Below, piece by piece: positions 11,311 to 21,996 of a stretch of 63,326 nucleotides of DNA. The DNA is taken from assembly GCA_947595215.1 (NCBI GenBank), contig CANQEO010000006.1, positions 1 through 63,326 of the forward strand, in the 5' to 3' direction. A program made the translations under genes and the position numbers. Source of the DNA: an uncultured Bacilli bacterium. GTDB lineage: Bacteria > Bacillota_I > Bacilli_A > RFN20 > CAG-449. The notes beneath the pieces were generated by a model that saw nothing but the letters and a program-made list of their open reading frames with translations, had not been told where the DNA came from and did not search any database. Positions within the stretch are counted from its first letter, which is position 1. Every line of letters starts with the position of its first letter.

Positions 11311-11576
11311 TTCTCTTTATTTTTAAATATTTTTTTAAAAAAATGTTTCTTTTGATATGGTTCTTTTTCTATCGATAAAACGATATAACCAGTCGGATCA
11401 ATTACCTGATGAAGAATTTCTTCACTAATGTCATCTTCTGATATTATGATAGTTTCATTTTTTATATGTGAAGAAGCAACTTTATTTACTTTAAAATTCT
11501 TTATAATTAGTTCATTAATGTGAGCTTCACACATTCCACATTTCATACCATCAATCTTTAATATTGTCTTAATCAT
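11307..11576 (-). CDS. Heavy-metal-associated (CopZ-like) protein
   Basis: GMKCGMC metal-binding motif. Confidence 0.85.
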   Translation of the reverse strand: MIKTILKIDGMKCGMCEAHINELIIKNFKVNKVASSHIKNETIIISEDDISEEILHQVIDPTGYIVLSIEKEPYQKKHFFKKIFKNKEN

Positions 11577-11691
11577 TTAAATTCTCTTTCTATAAATCTT
11601 TCATGTCAGTTTTACTCTTAAATTTAGTTTCAAATATTAATTTTCATCAAAAAAAACTCGTTTTTAAAAAGCGAGTTTTTATCTTTAATCA

Positions 11692-12288
11692 CTAAAAGGA
11701 AACTTTAGGAGCGGCTTTTTCGCCTTCATCAATTTGGAAAAATTCCTCCTTAACAAAATGGAACATACCAGCAATGATATTAGATGGAAACATCTCAATC
11801 TTGTTATTATATCCGAGTACCACATCGTTATACAATTGACGATTAAATGCGATTTTCTTTTCGATTTCTTTGAGTTGCGCCATTAAATCATTATAATTTT
11901 TATCGGCCTTTAGTTCCGGATAAGATTCATGAACTGCATTGACTAAAATATCCAATGATTTACCTAACGCCGAATCGGCTTTGGCAGCATCTTTGGCTGA
12001 ATGATTTCTTGAAGCATCGGCGTAAAGCTGACGTGCTTTAGCAAATTCTTCAAAGATGCTACTTTCATGTTTTGTATATCCTTTAATAGTTTCTACTAAG
12101 TTAGGAATCAAATCAAATCGCATTTTTAATTGGACATCAACTTGAGACCAAGCATTTTTAACTTTGTTACGTTCTTTTACTAATTTGTTGTAAGTTTTAA
12201 TAAAGTAAGCGATTAAAGCGACAATAAGACCTACAATTACAACGACGATTGTTGGAATAATCCAACTATCTATTAAAATTTTTATCAT
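11692..12288 (-). CDS. lemA: LemA family protein
   Basis: YNKLV...NAWSQVDVQLKMRFDLIPNLVE, YPELKA, FPSNIIA. Confidence 0.9.
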   Translation of the reverse strand: MIKILIDSWIIPTIVVVIVGLIVALIAYFIKTYNKLVKERNKVKNAWSQVDVQLKMRFDLIPNLVETIKGYTKHESSIFEEFAKARQLYADASRNHSAKDAAKADSALGKSLDILVNAVHESYPELKADKNYNDLMAQLKEIEKKIAFNRQLYNDVVLGYNNKIEMFPSNIIAGMFHFVKEEFFQIDEGEKAAPKVSF

Positions 12289-12348
12289 TTTTTATCTCCT
12301 TTTCTCTTTATATGATATCACTACATTCTTAATAACAAAAGATTATTT

Positions 12349-14331
12349 TTAGCGACTTCTAGCTCCACCACCTCCGCCACCATGAGATGAACCACCACCA
12401 AATCCCCCACGTCCTCCTGAATGTGAAGATGAAGACATTCTTTTCGCATTAGTAATTCTTATGGTATTTGATGAAACCGTAAACGAATGTAACATACGAT
12501 GACGGAAATAACTATGGTAACTATAATACAAGAATGGTGTCGATTGATATTCGCTTTCACGTCCGAGATCTTTAAAGCGCGTCTTCAACTGTTTTTCAAC
12601 TAAATCCGCAATTCCAAAAGCTGTCGCATAAACAAGATAATGTTCCCATACTTCAACACCTGGAACAGGGTAATCTTCAAAATGTGAAAATTCTTTTAAG
12701 AAATGTTCGAATGCTTTCCATCTCACATAATCCTCATTACCTTGAATCGAACGTCTTTTTATTTGTCCGATATAAACACTGAAACTTAAAGAAAGCACTA
12801 AAGCAACAAAAGCTAAATATGCTGGCCATTGACGTCCATAAAAAAGCATTAAAACTAAAAATATAACCGCACTAATAATTCCTCCACTAATCGGAACGAT
12901 AAATCCTTTACGCGCTTTTTGCTCGACTTTATCGAAGAAATCGTATTTATTCGCATCTTCTTTTGTTATTTTCACCCATTCAGCGTTCATATTATTATAG
13001 CGAATCGCATTGCTTTCATTTTTTAAATGTTTTTCCAACTGATTCATGCTCAATGTATCACCATGAGCTATTTCATCAAAATACCATTTTAAAAGATATC
13101 TTTCATACTCTTTTAAATCACTTGTATCTTTAGAACGATTATAAATCAATGTATAATCAGCATCCTTATCAGTCAAGGTGACATTACTATAATCTACATC
13201 TATATATTTTCTTCTTATTAGATCCATCAATGTCGCGTTTAAATCATCTTTAGTTATCTCTTTAAATCGATATAAATATCCCATCATAGCCGGCGGATAA
13301 GATGCCGGTAATTCACGATAGTATTCATTATCAAATGTGCTTTTATGTTCTTTATCGTATTTAGTATAAACATGATAGAAACACCATCCAATTAACACCA
13401 AAAATATGATAAATAATAGTATAGAAACACTAGATAAAACTCTTACTTTATTTATAAAAATGTTTTCTGCATCTAATATGTCTTGTTCTTGCCGCATTAA
13501 ATATTCATAACCCTTTGCTGAAATGCAATTAGAACGACTCTCATCTATCTCCATAATCGTGCTTGGAAAGAAAATTCTCATTTCAATTTCTTGATTTACT
13601 TTAAGTCTATCCGTTCTCGCCGAAATAGTTTTATTATTTATTTCGACAAACTCAGTTTCGGCACCACCATGACCAAATGCATAGATTTCTTCATCGCTAA
13701 AATTATTTTCAGGCAAGTTAACTGAAACGGAAACATTATTCATGATAATATTTTGATAAGGTGCAAACTTCCAGTTAATTTCAGCATAATCCTCATAGAT
13801 AGTCATTGCTTTTTCAATAGTGTAAGAAAATACAAATCTAGTACGAGGTGATATTCCATTCTGTAAATATATTAGGACTGTCTCACATGACTTACCATAT
13901 TCTACTGGACATCCAATTTTATCTCCTAATTCATCACGATTTCCATTCCAAGAAAATCCAATTATATCACTAGATTTATCACCATTTCCAATCGAATAAT
14001 TAACATCTTCATATAGTGCTTCATCATTTTGATAAATTGAAACACTAAAAGAGTTTGTATCAAGGTCTGAAGTATTTTCTTCAATATCATTATTATTTTT
14101 CGAATATAAAATATCTCGTGTAAACATATGTCGGTTAATACTATAGGTATCTATAGTTTCGACAATTTGCATATCGCCATTTTTCAACAAAGTCGCATCA
14201 ACGTGATATGATTCATATTGAAATGATGGATCTTCAATTTCCCCTAAAACTGCAACTACCAAAGGCAAAAAGCAAATAAAAGCAGATATTAAAGTAGAAA
14301 CTGCAATACCTAAAACTAATTTATTTTTCAT
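12349..14331 (-). CDS. DUF2207 membrane protein
   Basis: WEHYLVYATAFGIA, Gly/Ser-rich C-terminal tail; typical partner of lemA. Confidence 0.85.
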   Translation of the reverse strand: MKNKLVLGIAVSTLISAFICFLPLVVAVLGEIEDPSFQYESYHVDATLLKNGDMQIVETIDTYSINRHMFTRDILYSKNNNDIEENTSDLDTNSFSVSIYQNDEALYEDVNYSIGNGDKSSDIIGFSWNGNRDELGDKIGCPVEYGKSCETVLIYLQNGISPRTRFVFSYTIEKAMTIYEDYAEINWKFAPYQNIIMNNVSVSVNLPENNFSDEEIYAFGHGGAETEFVEINNKTISARTDRLKVNQEIEMRIFFPSTIMEIDESRSNCISAKGYEYLMRQEQDILDAENIFINKVRVLSSVSILLFIIFLVLIGWCFYHVYTKYDKEHKSTFDNEYYRELPASYPPAMMGYLYRFKEITKDDLNATLMDLIRRKYIDVDYSNVTLTDKDADYTLIYNRSKDTSDLKEYERYLLKWYFDEIAHGDTLSMNQLEKHLKNESNAIRYNNMNAEWVKITKEDANKYDFFDKVEQKARKGFIVPISGGIISAVIFLVLMLFYGRQWPAYLAFVALVLSLSFSVYIGQIKRRSIQGNEDYVRWKAFEHFLKEFSHFEDYPVPGVEVWEHYLVYATAFGIADLVEKQLKTRFKDLGRESEYQSTPFLYYSYHSYFRHRMLHSFTVSSNTIRITNAKRMSSSSHSGGRGGFGGGSSHGGGGGGARSR

Positions 14332-14449
14332 AATCTCTCCTCGATATTAATTATAAAATAATTAATAAAAATGTCTAGGTAGTTAATTTGAATATATTTT
14401 AATACTAGCATCATAAAATAATATATCTTATATTATATATAGAAAGGAG

Positions 14450-15322
14450 GTGCCAATGAAACAACAAGGAATGCTTAACAAAACAAGGCTCGCAGTTTTA
14501 ATCGATTTTGAAAATGCTAATCAAAAAGATTTAATAACAGAATTTTTCTCTTATCTGGATAAAAAAGGTTTCTTAAGTTATCCACGAAAATTAATTACGA
14601 GTAAAATCACTTCGCTTGAGAGCACTAACGCTCTTATCAAGGAAAATAATCTTGAATTAATCGTTTCAAATAGACCGCTTAGTAAAGGTCACAATCGTAA
14701 CAATGCAGATTTTAGAATGTACATTGAAACGATGGATATTCTTTATAAAGATGATGTCGACGCATTTTGTCTTATATCTAGTGATGATGATTTCTTAGAA
14801 CTAGTTCTAAAGTTAAAAAGGACTGGAAAATATTTAATAGGTATTGGTAATAAAAATACCTCTCCAGATTATATAAAACATTTTAACGAATTTCTATTCT
14901 GTGAAGATTTTGACAAAATAGTTCAGGAGCGCAAGAAAGCTTTAGAAGAGCAAAAGAAAAAAGAAGAATTCTTAAAAAAGCAAGAAAAAAAGCGACTAGA
15001 AAAAGCGCGTCAAGAAGAATTAAAAAGAATAGCAGATGAAAAAAGAAGACTCAAAGAACTAGCTAAACTTAAAGTTGAGGAAGAACGATTGATGTTACAA
15101 ACTCAAATTAAGCAAGCAATCGATATAGCAATCAGTAATCATAACGAAGGACGTTATCCTTTAACCGCGATTATCAAAGATATTAAAGATGCCAATCCGG
15201 AATTAAAGAAACATCGTATTCCTTTAAAAATATTCGATGAATTAAATTATGATTATAAACTTGATGAAACTAATACCGAAAACAAGTACGTTGAGATTGA
15301 AAGAAAGGAAGTCCTATCTTAG
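14450..15322 (+). CDS. NYN (PIN-like) domain protein with charged coiled coil
   Basis: LAVLIDFEN, NADF, LISSDDDF, GIG motifs. Confidence 0.8.
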   Translation: MPMKQQGMLNKTRLAVLIDFENANQKDLITEFFSYLDKKGFLSYPRKLITSKITSLESTNALIKENNLELIVSNRPLSKGHNRNNADFRMYIETMDILYKDDVDAFCLISSDDDFLELVLKLKRTGKYLIGIGNKNTSPDYIKHFNEFLFCEDFDKIVQERKKALEEQKKKEEFLKKQEKKRLEKARQEELKRIADEKRRLKELAKLKVEEERLMLQTQIKQAIDIAISNHNEGRYPLTAIIKDIKDANPELKKHRIPLKIFDELNYDYKLDETNTENKYVEIERKEVLS

Positions 15323-15335
15323 GACTTCCTTTCTT
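15301..15335. terminator. Bidirectional terminator overlapping both convergent 3' ends
   Basis: perfect 15-bp inverted repeat AAGAAAGGAAGTCCT / AGGACTTCCTTTCTT. Confidence 0.8.
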
Positions 15336-17019
15336 ATTTTAAATCAATTTCTCTAATAGTTTTATATATAAGTTCATTAATGCTTCGCACTCTTTTTGGA
15401 TCTATTTTTATAATCTCTCTATCAAAAGTCATAATCCCATTTAATTCGTCCTCAACATCTGCAATTTGAGTATAGATAGCACCTACTAAGCCATTTTTTA
15501 TTTGAGGAACTACTTCTCTTAAATAAAGTTTTTCAAATGCATCAGTTAAAAACTTTTTATTTTTCATTTTCTTATAACCAAAGTTATGATTATTAAAGGT
15601 ATGACCATCTATTTTCAAACCATAACCACCAAATTCCGATAAAATATAAGCTCTTTTTGTTTTATCCTTTCTAAGTTTAAATTTTTTGAAATATACGTGA
15701 AAACTTCTAAAATCACCGGCACCACGATCATGCCAACCTGAGGTACTATCATAAAGTCGTGTATTATCTTTAACAGACAAATACGAGGTCATTTTTTTAC
15801 TATCAAATTGTCCCCATCCTTCATTAAAAATTGTGTAAATGATAACGCTCGGATGATTATTAAGGATATCTATAATCTCACAAGATTCTTTTAAGAAGAA
15901 GGCGCGACCCTCTTGATTTTCTCTTCCGAACTTTCGATATTGTGTATCATCGCGATGCTGTGAAGTAAACAATGGCAATTTAACTATAGTGAATTTATAT
16001 TCATCTCCACCATTGATGAAATCTTGAATTACAAGCATTCCTAACTTATCGCACAAATAATAGAAAAGTGGATGTTCTAATTTTATATGTTTTCTAATCG
16101 TGTTAAATCCCATATCTTTTAAAACTTTAATGTCTCGAAAATATTCTGTTTTATTTTTCGCAGTGTATCCACAACTATAATAACCTTGATCCAAAACACC
16201 GCTTAAAAAGATGCGCTTGTGATTTAAAGCTAGATATGTTTCCTTTTCGCAAATAACACGTTCTATTTTTCTAAAACTGAAATAAGTTTCTACTATATCG
16301 AGACCTAATTTTACCTTTGCATGGTAAAGAAAAGGATCTTCAACACTCCAAAGATGTATTTTATCAAAGATAAATATCTCCTCTTGGTTGCTGAAACCAT
16401 TTAAAACCATATCTTCAAATTCAATAGAATATGGCAAAGATTCATCGCTTTTAACTAATATTTTTAATTCTTTTTTATCAATATCTGTAATAAATTTAAT
16501 ATCTTTAATATAATTTTTCGGTACTACTTCTAAAAATACATCTTGAACTATACCACTAGAAGGAGTGTACCAAATTCCTCCACGTTTAAACTTTTGTTTA
16601 CCATAAGAATAAATCCCTTTATCTGTACTATCTTTCACTACAACTAATAACTCATTAGATCCCTTTTTTACAAAATCAGTAATATCGAATGAAAATGGAG
16701 TATATCCTCCTTCATGTGTTCCTACTTTATTATCATTAATAAAAACTTCCGACACTTGATCTACAGCAATAAAATTGATAATTAAACGTTCTTGCTCGTT
16801 TAAATCAATATTAAATTTTTTTCGGTAAAAAGCTACATCATTCTCTTCGAAAAGTAAATTGACTCCACTCGTTTTAGTTTCAATAGCATAAGGAACTTCA
16901 ATTTTACCTTGATATTTTAAATTTTTATCACAATCTTCGATCGAAATATTCCAAAGACCATTTAAAGAAACGAATTCACTACGTCTTAAATAAGGGCGAG
17001 GATAATTGATATCAATCAT
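15334..17019 (-). CDS. Glycoside hydrolase family 2
   Basis: YPRP, SLNGLW, HEGGYTPF, LDQGY, GFNTIRKHIK, FNEGWGQ, SEFGG. Confidence 0.9.
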   Translation of the reverse strand: MIDINYPRPYLRRSEFVSLNGLWNISIEDCDKNLKYQGKIEVPYAIETKTSGVNLLFEENDVAFYRKKFNIDLNEQERLIINFIAVDQVSEVFINDNKVGTHEGGYTPFSFDITDFVKKGSNELLVVVKDSTDKGIYSYGKQKFKRGGIWYTPSSGIVQDVFLEVVPKNYIKDIKFITDIDKKELKILVKSDESLPYSIEFEDMVLNGFSNQEEIFIFDKIHLWSVEDPFLYHAKVKLGLDIVETYFSFRKIERVICEKETYLALNHKRIFLSGVLDQGYYSCGYTAKNKTEYFRDIKVLKDMGFNTIRKHIKLEHPLFYYLCDKLGMLVIQDFINGGDEYKFTIVKLPLFTSQHRDDTQYRKFGRENQEGRAFFLKESCEIIDILNNHPSVIIYTIFNEGWGQFDSKKMTSYLSVKDNTRLYDSTSGWHDRGAGDFRSFHVYFKKFKLRKDKTKRAYILSEFGGYGLKIDGHTFNNHNFGYKKMKNKKFLTDAFEKLYLREVVPQIKNGLVGAIYTQIADVEDELNGIMTFDREIIKIDPKRVRSINELIYKTIREIDLK

Positions 17020-18316
17020 TTTTATTTACCTCTTTATGCTTCTGATTTTTAAGAATTAAAATAATAGCTGGTATTAAACTAAACAATAAGACTATCGCTG
17101 CTCCGATAAATATTTCTGGTATAGGCAGATGAACTACACGGTTAAATTCATCGATGTAAGTTTCGCTGTTTTGAATAATTGCACTACCTATAAAAGGACC
17201 GATGCACATTGGAAGCGCAACTTGAAAGATCATCCTAATACCTTGAAACAATCCAATTTTATCTTTAGGAGTATACTCTCTAATTAAAGCGTTGAAACTA
17301 GTGGCTACTACCATATATCCGATCATCATTATCGCACCAAAAATAATAGTTAAAATTGTATTTCCAACCGGAATGAAAAACATTAAAATCAATCCCATCA
17401 CCATGATAGCAATCGATGGAATTAATACTTTGAATTTACCTATTTTATCGATAAAAAATCCAAATACTACACTAAAGATAGAAGCAATAATCAAAACTAC
17501 TCCTAAACTTATAGCATAATTTTCAAGTTGTAAATACCTTTCTAAATAGATTAATAAATATGGAAAGAATACTTGAATAGCAGTTTGATAAACTAAGAAG
17601 CCACATAATGCAATATATAGTTTTTTGTTTTCTTTTACAACACTTGGAAAAAAGCCATAAATGATATCTTTTAAATAATTTTCATCTTTTTTCGCAATCA
17701 AATCATCTTTTGGTAAAACAAAAATACTAATTATTGCTACAGCAATCATAATCAACCCGAATATCATATAAAACAGCATCCATTGACCTTCTTTTGTCAA
17801 TGGGTCAAAAGCGACAAAGATTATAAGCATTGAGATTAAAGGTAAAATAGCCAATACACTTTCAACTCTTCCACGATTTGAATCATCGGTCATATCCGTA
17901 ATATAGGCATTAAAGGCAGCATCGTTTGCGCTGCTTCCAAAGAATGTCATAACACAATCTAGAATGACGATCGTAACTGCCGCGAATGCTTCCGCGTTTA
18001 CTAAAGGAAATAATATATGCACATTTTCAACACTAACAAAACCAAATGATAATGTTACTAATCCCCAAAGTATATATCCCACTACAATAAATGCCTTTCT
18101 TTTACCAAGGTGATCACTTAAAGCACCAACTAATAAGGTTGTTACTGTTGCAACAACCGCACTCGCAGCAACCATGGTTGCAATGTAATTATAATTAGAA
18201 CTTATTTCATCAAATAAAAATTTATTAAAATACAGGTTTTCAATAGTCCACGCTAATTGTCCAGAAAGCCCGATTAAAACAAAAGACAACCAATGTCGGA
18301 TAGTTAATTTTTTCAT
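17012..18316 (-). CDS. MFS sugar transporter
   Basis: ~12 TMs, GALSDHLGKRK motif; coupled to the GH2 gene. Confidence 0.85.
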   Translation of the reverse strand: MKKLTIRHWLSFVLIGLSGQLAWTIENLYFNKFLFDEISSNYNYIATMVAASAVVATVTTLLVGALSDHLGKRKAFIVVGYILWGLVTLSFGFVSVENVHILFPLVNAEAFAAVTIVILDCVMTFFGSSANDAAFNAYITDMTDDSNRGRVESVLAILPLISMLIIFVAFDPLTKEGQWMLFYMIFGLIMIAVAIISIFVLPKDDLIAKKDENYLKDIIYGFFPSVVKENKKLYIALCGFLVYQTAIQVFFPYLLIYLERYLQLENYAISLGVVLIIASIFSVVFGFFIDKIGKFKVLIPSIAIMVMGLILMFFIPVGNTILTIIFGAIMMIGYMVVATSFNALIREYTPKDKIGLFQGIRMIFQVALPMCIGPFIGSAIIQNSETYIDEFNRVVHLPIPEIFIGAAIVLLFSLIPAIILILKNQKHKEVNKND

Positions 18317-18505
18317 ATTTAAGCCTCTAGTAAAAGTATATTACATTTCATAGCACTTAGCAATTGAACAAATTAGTTAAAATAACACCAAAATTTATCA
18401 AAATTATAGTTTTTTATTTATTGCAAATATGTACGACATTCATTTTTGAAAGGAGTGATAGAATTTTTCTTGAATGTCGTCTAGCATATTAGAAAGGAAA
18501 ATTAA

Positions 18506-19516
18506 GTGAAAAAATTAAACTATAAGACTATTGCAACTTTATTACTAACCTCTATTCTTATCGGAGGTTTAAGTGCTCTCGCTTTTAGTATTGGTGACAT
18601 TAATAATAATTTTATTCAATCAACTGAAAACGATTCGGATTTAAATACGTCAGTAAAAGAAAATGGAATTAGTGTTCAATTTTTATCAAGTAAAATTAAT
18701 GACGATAAGTCGGTCACAAAAACATTTACTTATAGTATCACTCCAGAAAACGCTACTAATCAAAATGTTACAGTAGAAGCTAAATACAATGATAATACAA
18801 ACTGCGATGATGTTTTAACTGCTTCAGTTGATATATCATCTAAAACTATTTCTTTAGTTTGTAAAGCAGACTTTGAAAAACAAATCTATGTAACAATAAC
18901 ATCTTCATCTGATTTTAGTAAAACTGCTCAAATCACAGTTGATTATGTTAAAAAGGTTAAATCTATTGATTATAAACTTGGCGATTCTGATTCTGATAGC
19001 GATTATTGGTATACAGGATGTGGAATGCAAGTTAATGCTGGTTTTAGAGATTCTTTTGCCTTTAATGATTTATTAGATGTAACCTACTCAAAATTTACAA
19101 AAGATAAAAAGTATACCTTTAATGTTAAAGATGTAACTTTGATTGATGATGAACTAATGTGCGGTGATTGTTCTTCTTTTGAGACCGAACTAAGAACAAA
19201 CTTTACAAATGCATTAAAAACCAAAATCACTAATTTGAGCGACACCTATTTTAATGATGATGAAATATGGAATTTTTCTACAAGCAATAAATATCATTCC
19301 ATTATTTCTCAATTCAATGATGATTCTTATAGATACGAAGAACAAGGTTATATTTGTTACAAATTTAAAGCTTCTTATTATTGTGTTGAAGATCCCACTA
19401 TCGAATTAAAGATTGATAAATATTGGCAGTTCTCATTAATTAGCCCATCTGGTTTTTTAGGTAAAACGATAAATGTCGATGAAATTAATACACAAACGAA
19501 AAATATAGAGTTTTAA
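18506..19516 (+). CDS. Secreted/anchored protein with Ig-like (Big_2-like) domain, possibly an orphan of a mobile element
   Basis: N-terminal hydrophobic signal, SITPENATNQNVT...TAQITVDY segment; GAAAGGAAA RBS as in the prophage genes; next to the tRNA-Leu 3' end. Confidence 0.55.
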   Translation: MKKLNYKTIATLLLTSILIGGLSALAFSIGDINNNFIQSTENDSDLNTSVKENGISVQFLSSKINDDKSVTKTFTYSITPENATNQNVTVEAKYNDNTNCDDVLTASVDISSKTISLVCKADFEKQIYVTITSSSDFSKTAQITVDYVKKVKSIDYKLGDSDSDSDYWYTGCGMQVNAGFRDSFAFNDLLDVTYSKFTKDKKYTFNVKDVTLIDDELMCGDCSSFETELRTNFTNALKTKITNLSDTYFNDDEIWNFSTSNKYHSIISQFNDDSYRYEEQGYICYKFKASYYCVEDPTIELKIDKYWQFSLISPSGFLGKTINVDEINTQTKNIEF

Positions 19517-19604
19517 TAAAACTAAAGTGCTCATTATGTAGCACTTTTTCTTTTTTTATCATTGCCACAAAAAAAGCCCTGAATATAGGACTTGTAAAAA
19601 CTAT

Positions 19605-19690
19605 TGGTGCCGCTGGTCGGACTCGAACCGACAAGGATGCACTCCGCTCGATTTTGAGTCGAGTTTGTTTACCAATTTCAACACAGCGGC
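19605..19690 (-). tRNA. tRNA-Leu(CAA)
   Basis: GCCGCTG acceptor stem, anticodon loop CTCAAAA, long variable arm, GTTCGAGTC, encoded CCA. Confidence 0.93.
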
Positions 19691-19791
19691 ATAAATTCAA
19701 GCATGATTATTTTATCATATTTTTTATCTAAATCAATATTTTTATAATAATAGCTGCTATTGATTTGTGATAAATTAAACATTATTTCTTT

Positions 19792-20811
19792 TTGATACTT
19801 TTTTTATCAGTTATTATTTATATATATTTTTTTGAAAGAAGTGTGATCATTATGTCAAGTTTTAAAGTAGGATTAAAGGAGATAGCAAGAGAAGTTAATT
19901 ACTCTATAAATACTGTTTCCAGAGCTTTGCGAGATTGCGATGATATTAGTAACACAACTAAGTCTATAATTCGTCAAAAAGCGCTTGAACTTGGCTATTT
20001 TCCTAATCGTGCTTCACTAAAAATCAAAATTGAAAATCGGCCAGTGATTGCCTTAGTCTATCGTGAGTTCAACGATCATTTTTTTTCAACTCTCAGTGAT
20101 AAAATTTTAAATAATTTAAACGATGAAGAGATAGTCATTTCAATAAAACGTGTTCATGAAGAGAAATTGACTCGAAAATGTGTTAAAACACTTGTGACTA
20201 ATGGCGTAGATATCATATTGTCTTTTCTAGATGTAAGCAATGATGCCATAGAATTAGTAAATCTTTTTAAGGTACATTTATTGGTTGTTGGAAAATATAG
20301 TGATTCATTTAATATAAGCTGCTTTTTTTTAGATGACGAAAAAGCCGGAATCTTAGTTGGCAAATACCTTGTTGACAATAAATATACTTCTATTTTATTT
20401 ATCGGAGATAAAGAGCCATCAACAAAAAAGAAATATCGCGGTTTTGAACGAACAATTCATAAATATCAAATAGAAGCGAACATAAAATCATTGATTTATC
20501 CTTTAAATAAAAATGAATTTATTAGCATATTATTTAGAGAAAAAATTGATGCTATCTATTGTGTCAATAATAAAATAGCATTTGAAGTAAATTCACTTTT
20601 AGATAATATTATTAATCAGAAAAAAGCTTTACTTATTGGAAACGATAGTGATGGTTATAATTATGAAAATCAAATATCATTTCCGATGATTTCTTTTGAT
20701 TACTCACTTATGGCGAGCGAAATAAAAAATGTTATCATCAAGTTAACAAACGAAACAAAGTCTCTTCACTATAAAATAATGTTTGATGTGTTTCTAAAAA
20801 CAGATTTTTAA
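19792..20811 (+). CDS. LacI family transcriptional regulator (probable start ATG 19852)
   Basis: LKEIAREVNYSINTVSRAL...ELGYFPN HTH. Confidence 0.85.
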   Translation: MILFLSVIIYIYFFERSVIIMSSFKVGLKEIAREVNYSINTVSRALRDCDDISNTTKSIIRQKALELGYFPNRASLKIKIENRPVIALVYREFNDHFFSTLSDKILNNLNDEEIVISIKRVHEEKLTRKCVKTLVTNGVDIILSFLDVSNDAIELVNLFKVHLLVVGKYSDSFNISCFFLDDEKAGILVGKYLVDNKYTSILFIGDKEPSTKKKYRGFERTIHKYQIEANIKSLIYPLNKNEFISILFREKIDAIYCVNNKIAFEVNSLLDNIINQKKALLIGNDSDGYNYENQISFPMISFDYSLMASEIKNVIIKLTNETKSLHYKIMFDVFLKTDF

Positions 20812-20871
20812 CTCTATTAAACAGAAATGCTTGATTTTTGATAATGAAAAAATTATTATAAATAAGCATTT

Positions 20872-20947
20872 GCCGACATAGCTCAATTGGCAGAGCAATT
20901 GATTTGTAATCAATAGGTTGGCGGTTCGATTCCGTTTGTCGGCACCA
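20872..20947 (+). tRNA. tRNA-Thr(UGU); prophage integration site
   Basis: GCCGACA/TGTCGGC acceptor, anticodon TGT, GTTCGATTC, CCA. Confidence 0.95.
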
Positions 20948-20948
20948 T
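20903..20948 (+). repeat. attL core (46-bp direct repeat of tRNA-Thr 3' half)
   Basis: TTTGTAATCAATAGGTTGGCGGTTCGATTCCGTTTGTCGGCACCAT, identical at 31952-31997. Confidence 0.95.
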
Positions 20949-20979
20949 TGATAGTAAAGCGATATAATCGCTGTTTTAT

Positions 20980-21012
20980 GAGAGAGAGTTGTGAGGGCTC
21001 TCTCTTTTTTTT
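20980..21012 (+). terminator. Element-supplied terminator for the tRNA-Thr transcript
   Basis: GAGAGAG...CTCTCTC followed by a T run; homologous hairpin after tRNA-Lys. Confidence 0.7.
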
Positions 21013-21039
21013 GTTTAACCGACACGCGAACTTTCCTGG

Positions 21040-21875
21040 TCAGTGTGTCGCAAAATCGTTCAATGGTGAATAAATATTATTTTTTAGTTGATTGTCTTTG
21101 TGGTTAATATCCAGATAGATTTGTGTCATTTCAATAGATTTATGCCCTAATAAATCTTTAACAAGATATATATCTAAAGATTTGTTATAAATCGAAGTTG
21201 CATAATAATGTCTTAATTTATGAGGACTTAGAACATCAATATTACATGTTTTCTTTAAACGCTTGAAAAATTGTCTAACTGTATTTTGTGTCATTCTCTC
21301 GTTGTGTTCATCAATAAATAAATGGTTTTATTCATTACTTGTGCAACTAAATCTTTTAACGAATCAACTATGTAGATATTTCTTGATTCTCCGTTTTTGG
21401 TAAAGTCAAGATGGATAATACCATTTTCTAAATCGATATTGCTGTTTTTAATGTGACAGAGTTCATTAGTTCTTATACCAGTAGTTAAAATTAATAGAAA
21501 CATTAGCTTGTTTTTAGGATAAACATTAGAAGTTTCAAAATAATTAAGTATTTTGCGGATAGATTCATCTTCAATATTAGGAATAGGCTTCTTAATTGTT
21601 TTAAGAGGTTCGAACCTGAAGTTAATTTTATCAATATAGTCATTTTTAATTAAATGTCTAAGCATTATTTCTAAGTATTTAATTTCTTTATTAATAGTTC
21701 CAGGTTGAATTTTGTTTTTTCTGAATAGTACGTAATTATTAATAACTTTGGTAGTAATCTGGCAAGTAGTTTCAATTTTAATAGATTTTAAATAATTAAG
21801 AATTGGTTTAAAAACACATTTGTAAGCTGATAATGTTCCTGGTCGATTGTGAATAGTAATGTGATTTAAAAATAG
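21040..21875 (-). pseudogene. Tyrosine recombinase/integrase, N-terminally truncated and frameshifted
   Basis: catalytic R (TGIRTNEL), K (TKNG), HxxR (PHKLRH), H (LLGH), Y (TQIY); frame open upstream of 21665 (LFLNHITIHNRPGTLSAY) with no start codon; 1-nt deletion near 21313 joins YL to DEHNERMTQ. Confidence 0.88.
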
Positions 21876-21945
21876 CGAAAAAGAAAAGCGTAAAATATCT
21901 GATTTTTATGAAGAGCTAGATTTTAACGATGATTTACCATTTTAA
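21871..21945 (+). pseudogene. Orphan 3' end of a deleted gene ending in an acidic DDLPF tail (SSB-like)
   Basis: frame reads NSEKEKRKISDFYEELDFNDDLPF*, with an in-frame stop just upstream; abuts the truncated integrase. Confidence 0.7.
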
Positions 21946-21996
21946 CAAATTTAACAAAAAAACAATTTTGTAAAACAAGTAGAAAGGAAAAAGAAA

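Noticed and set aside
19485-19700. 71-aa ORF on the minus strand
   Set aside because: It is a translation of tRNA-Leu
20738-21025. 95-aa ORF on the minus strand
   Set aside because: Antisense to tRNA-Thr/attL; spurious
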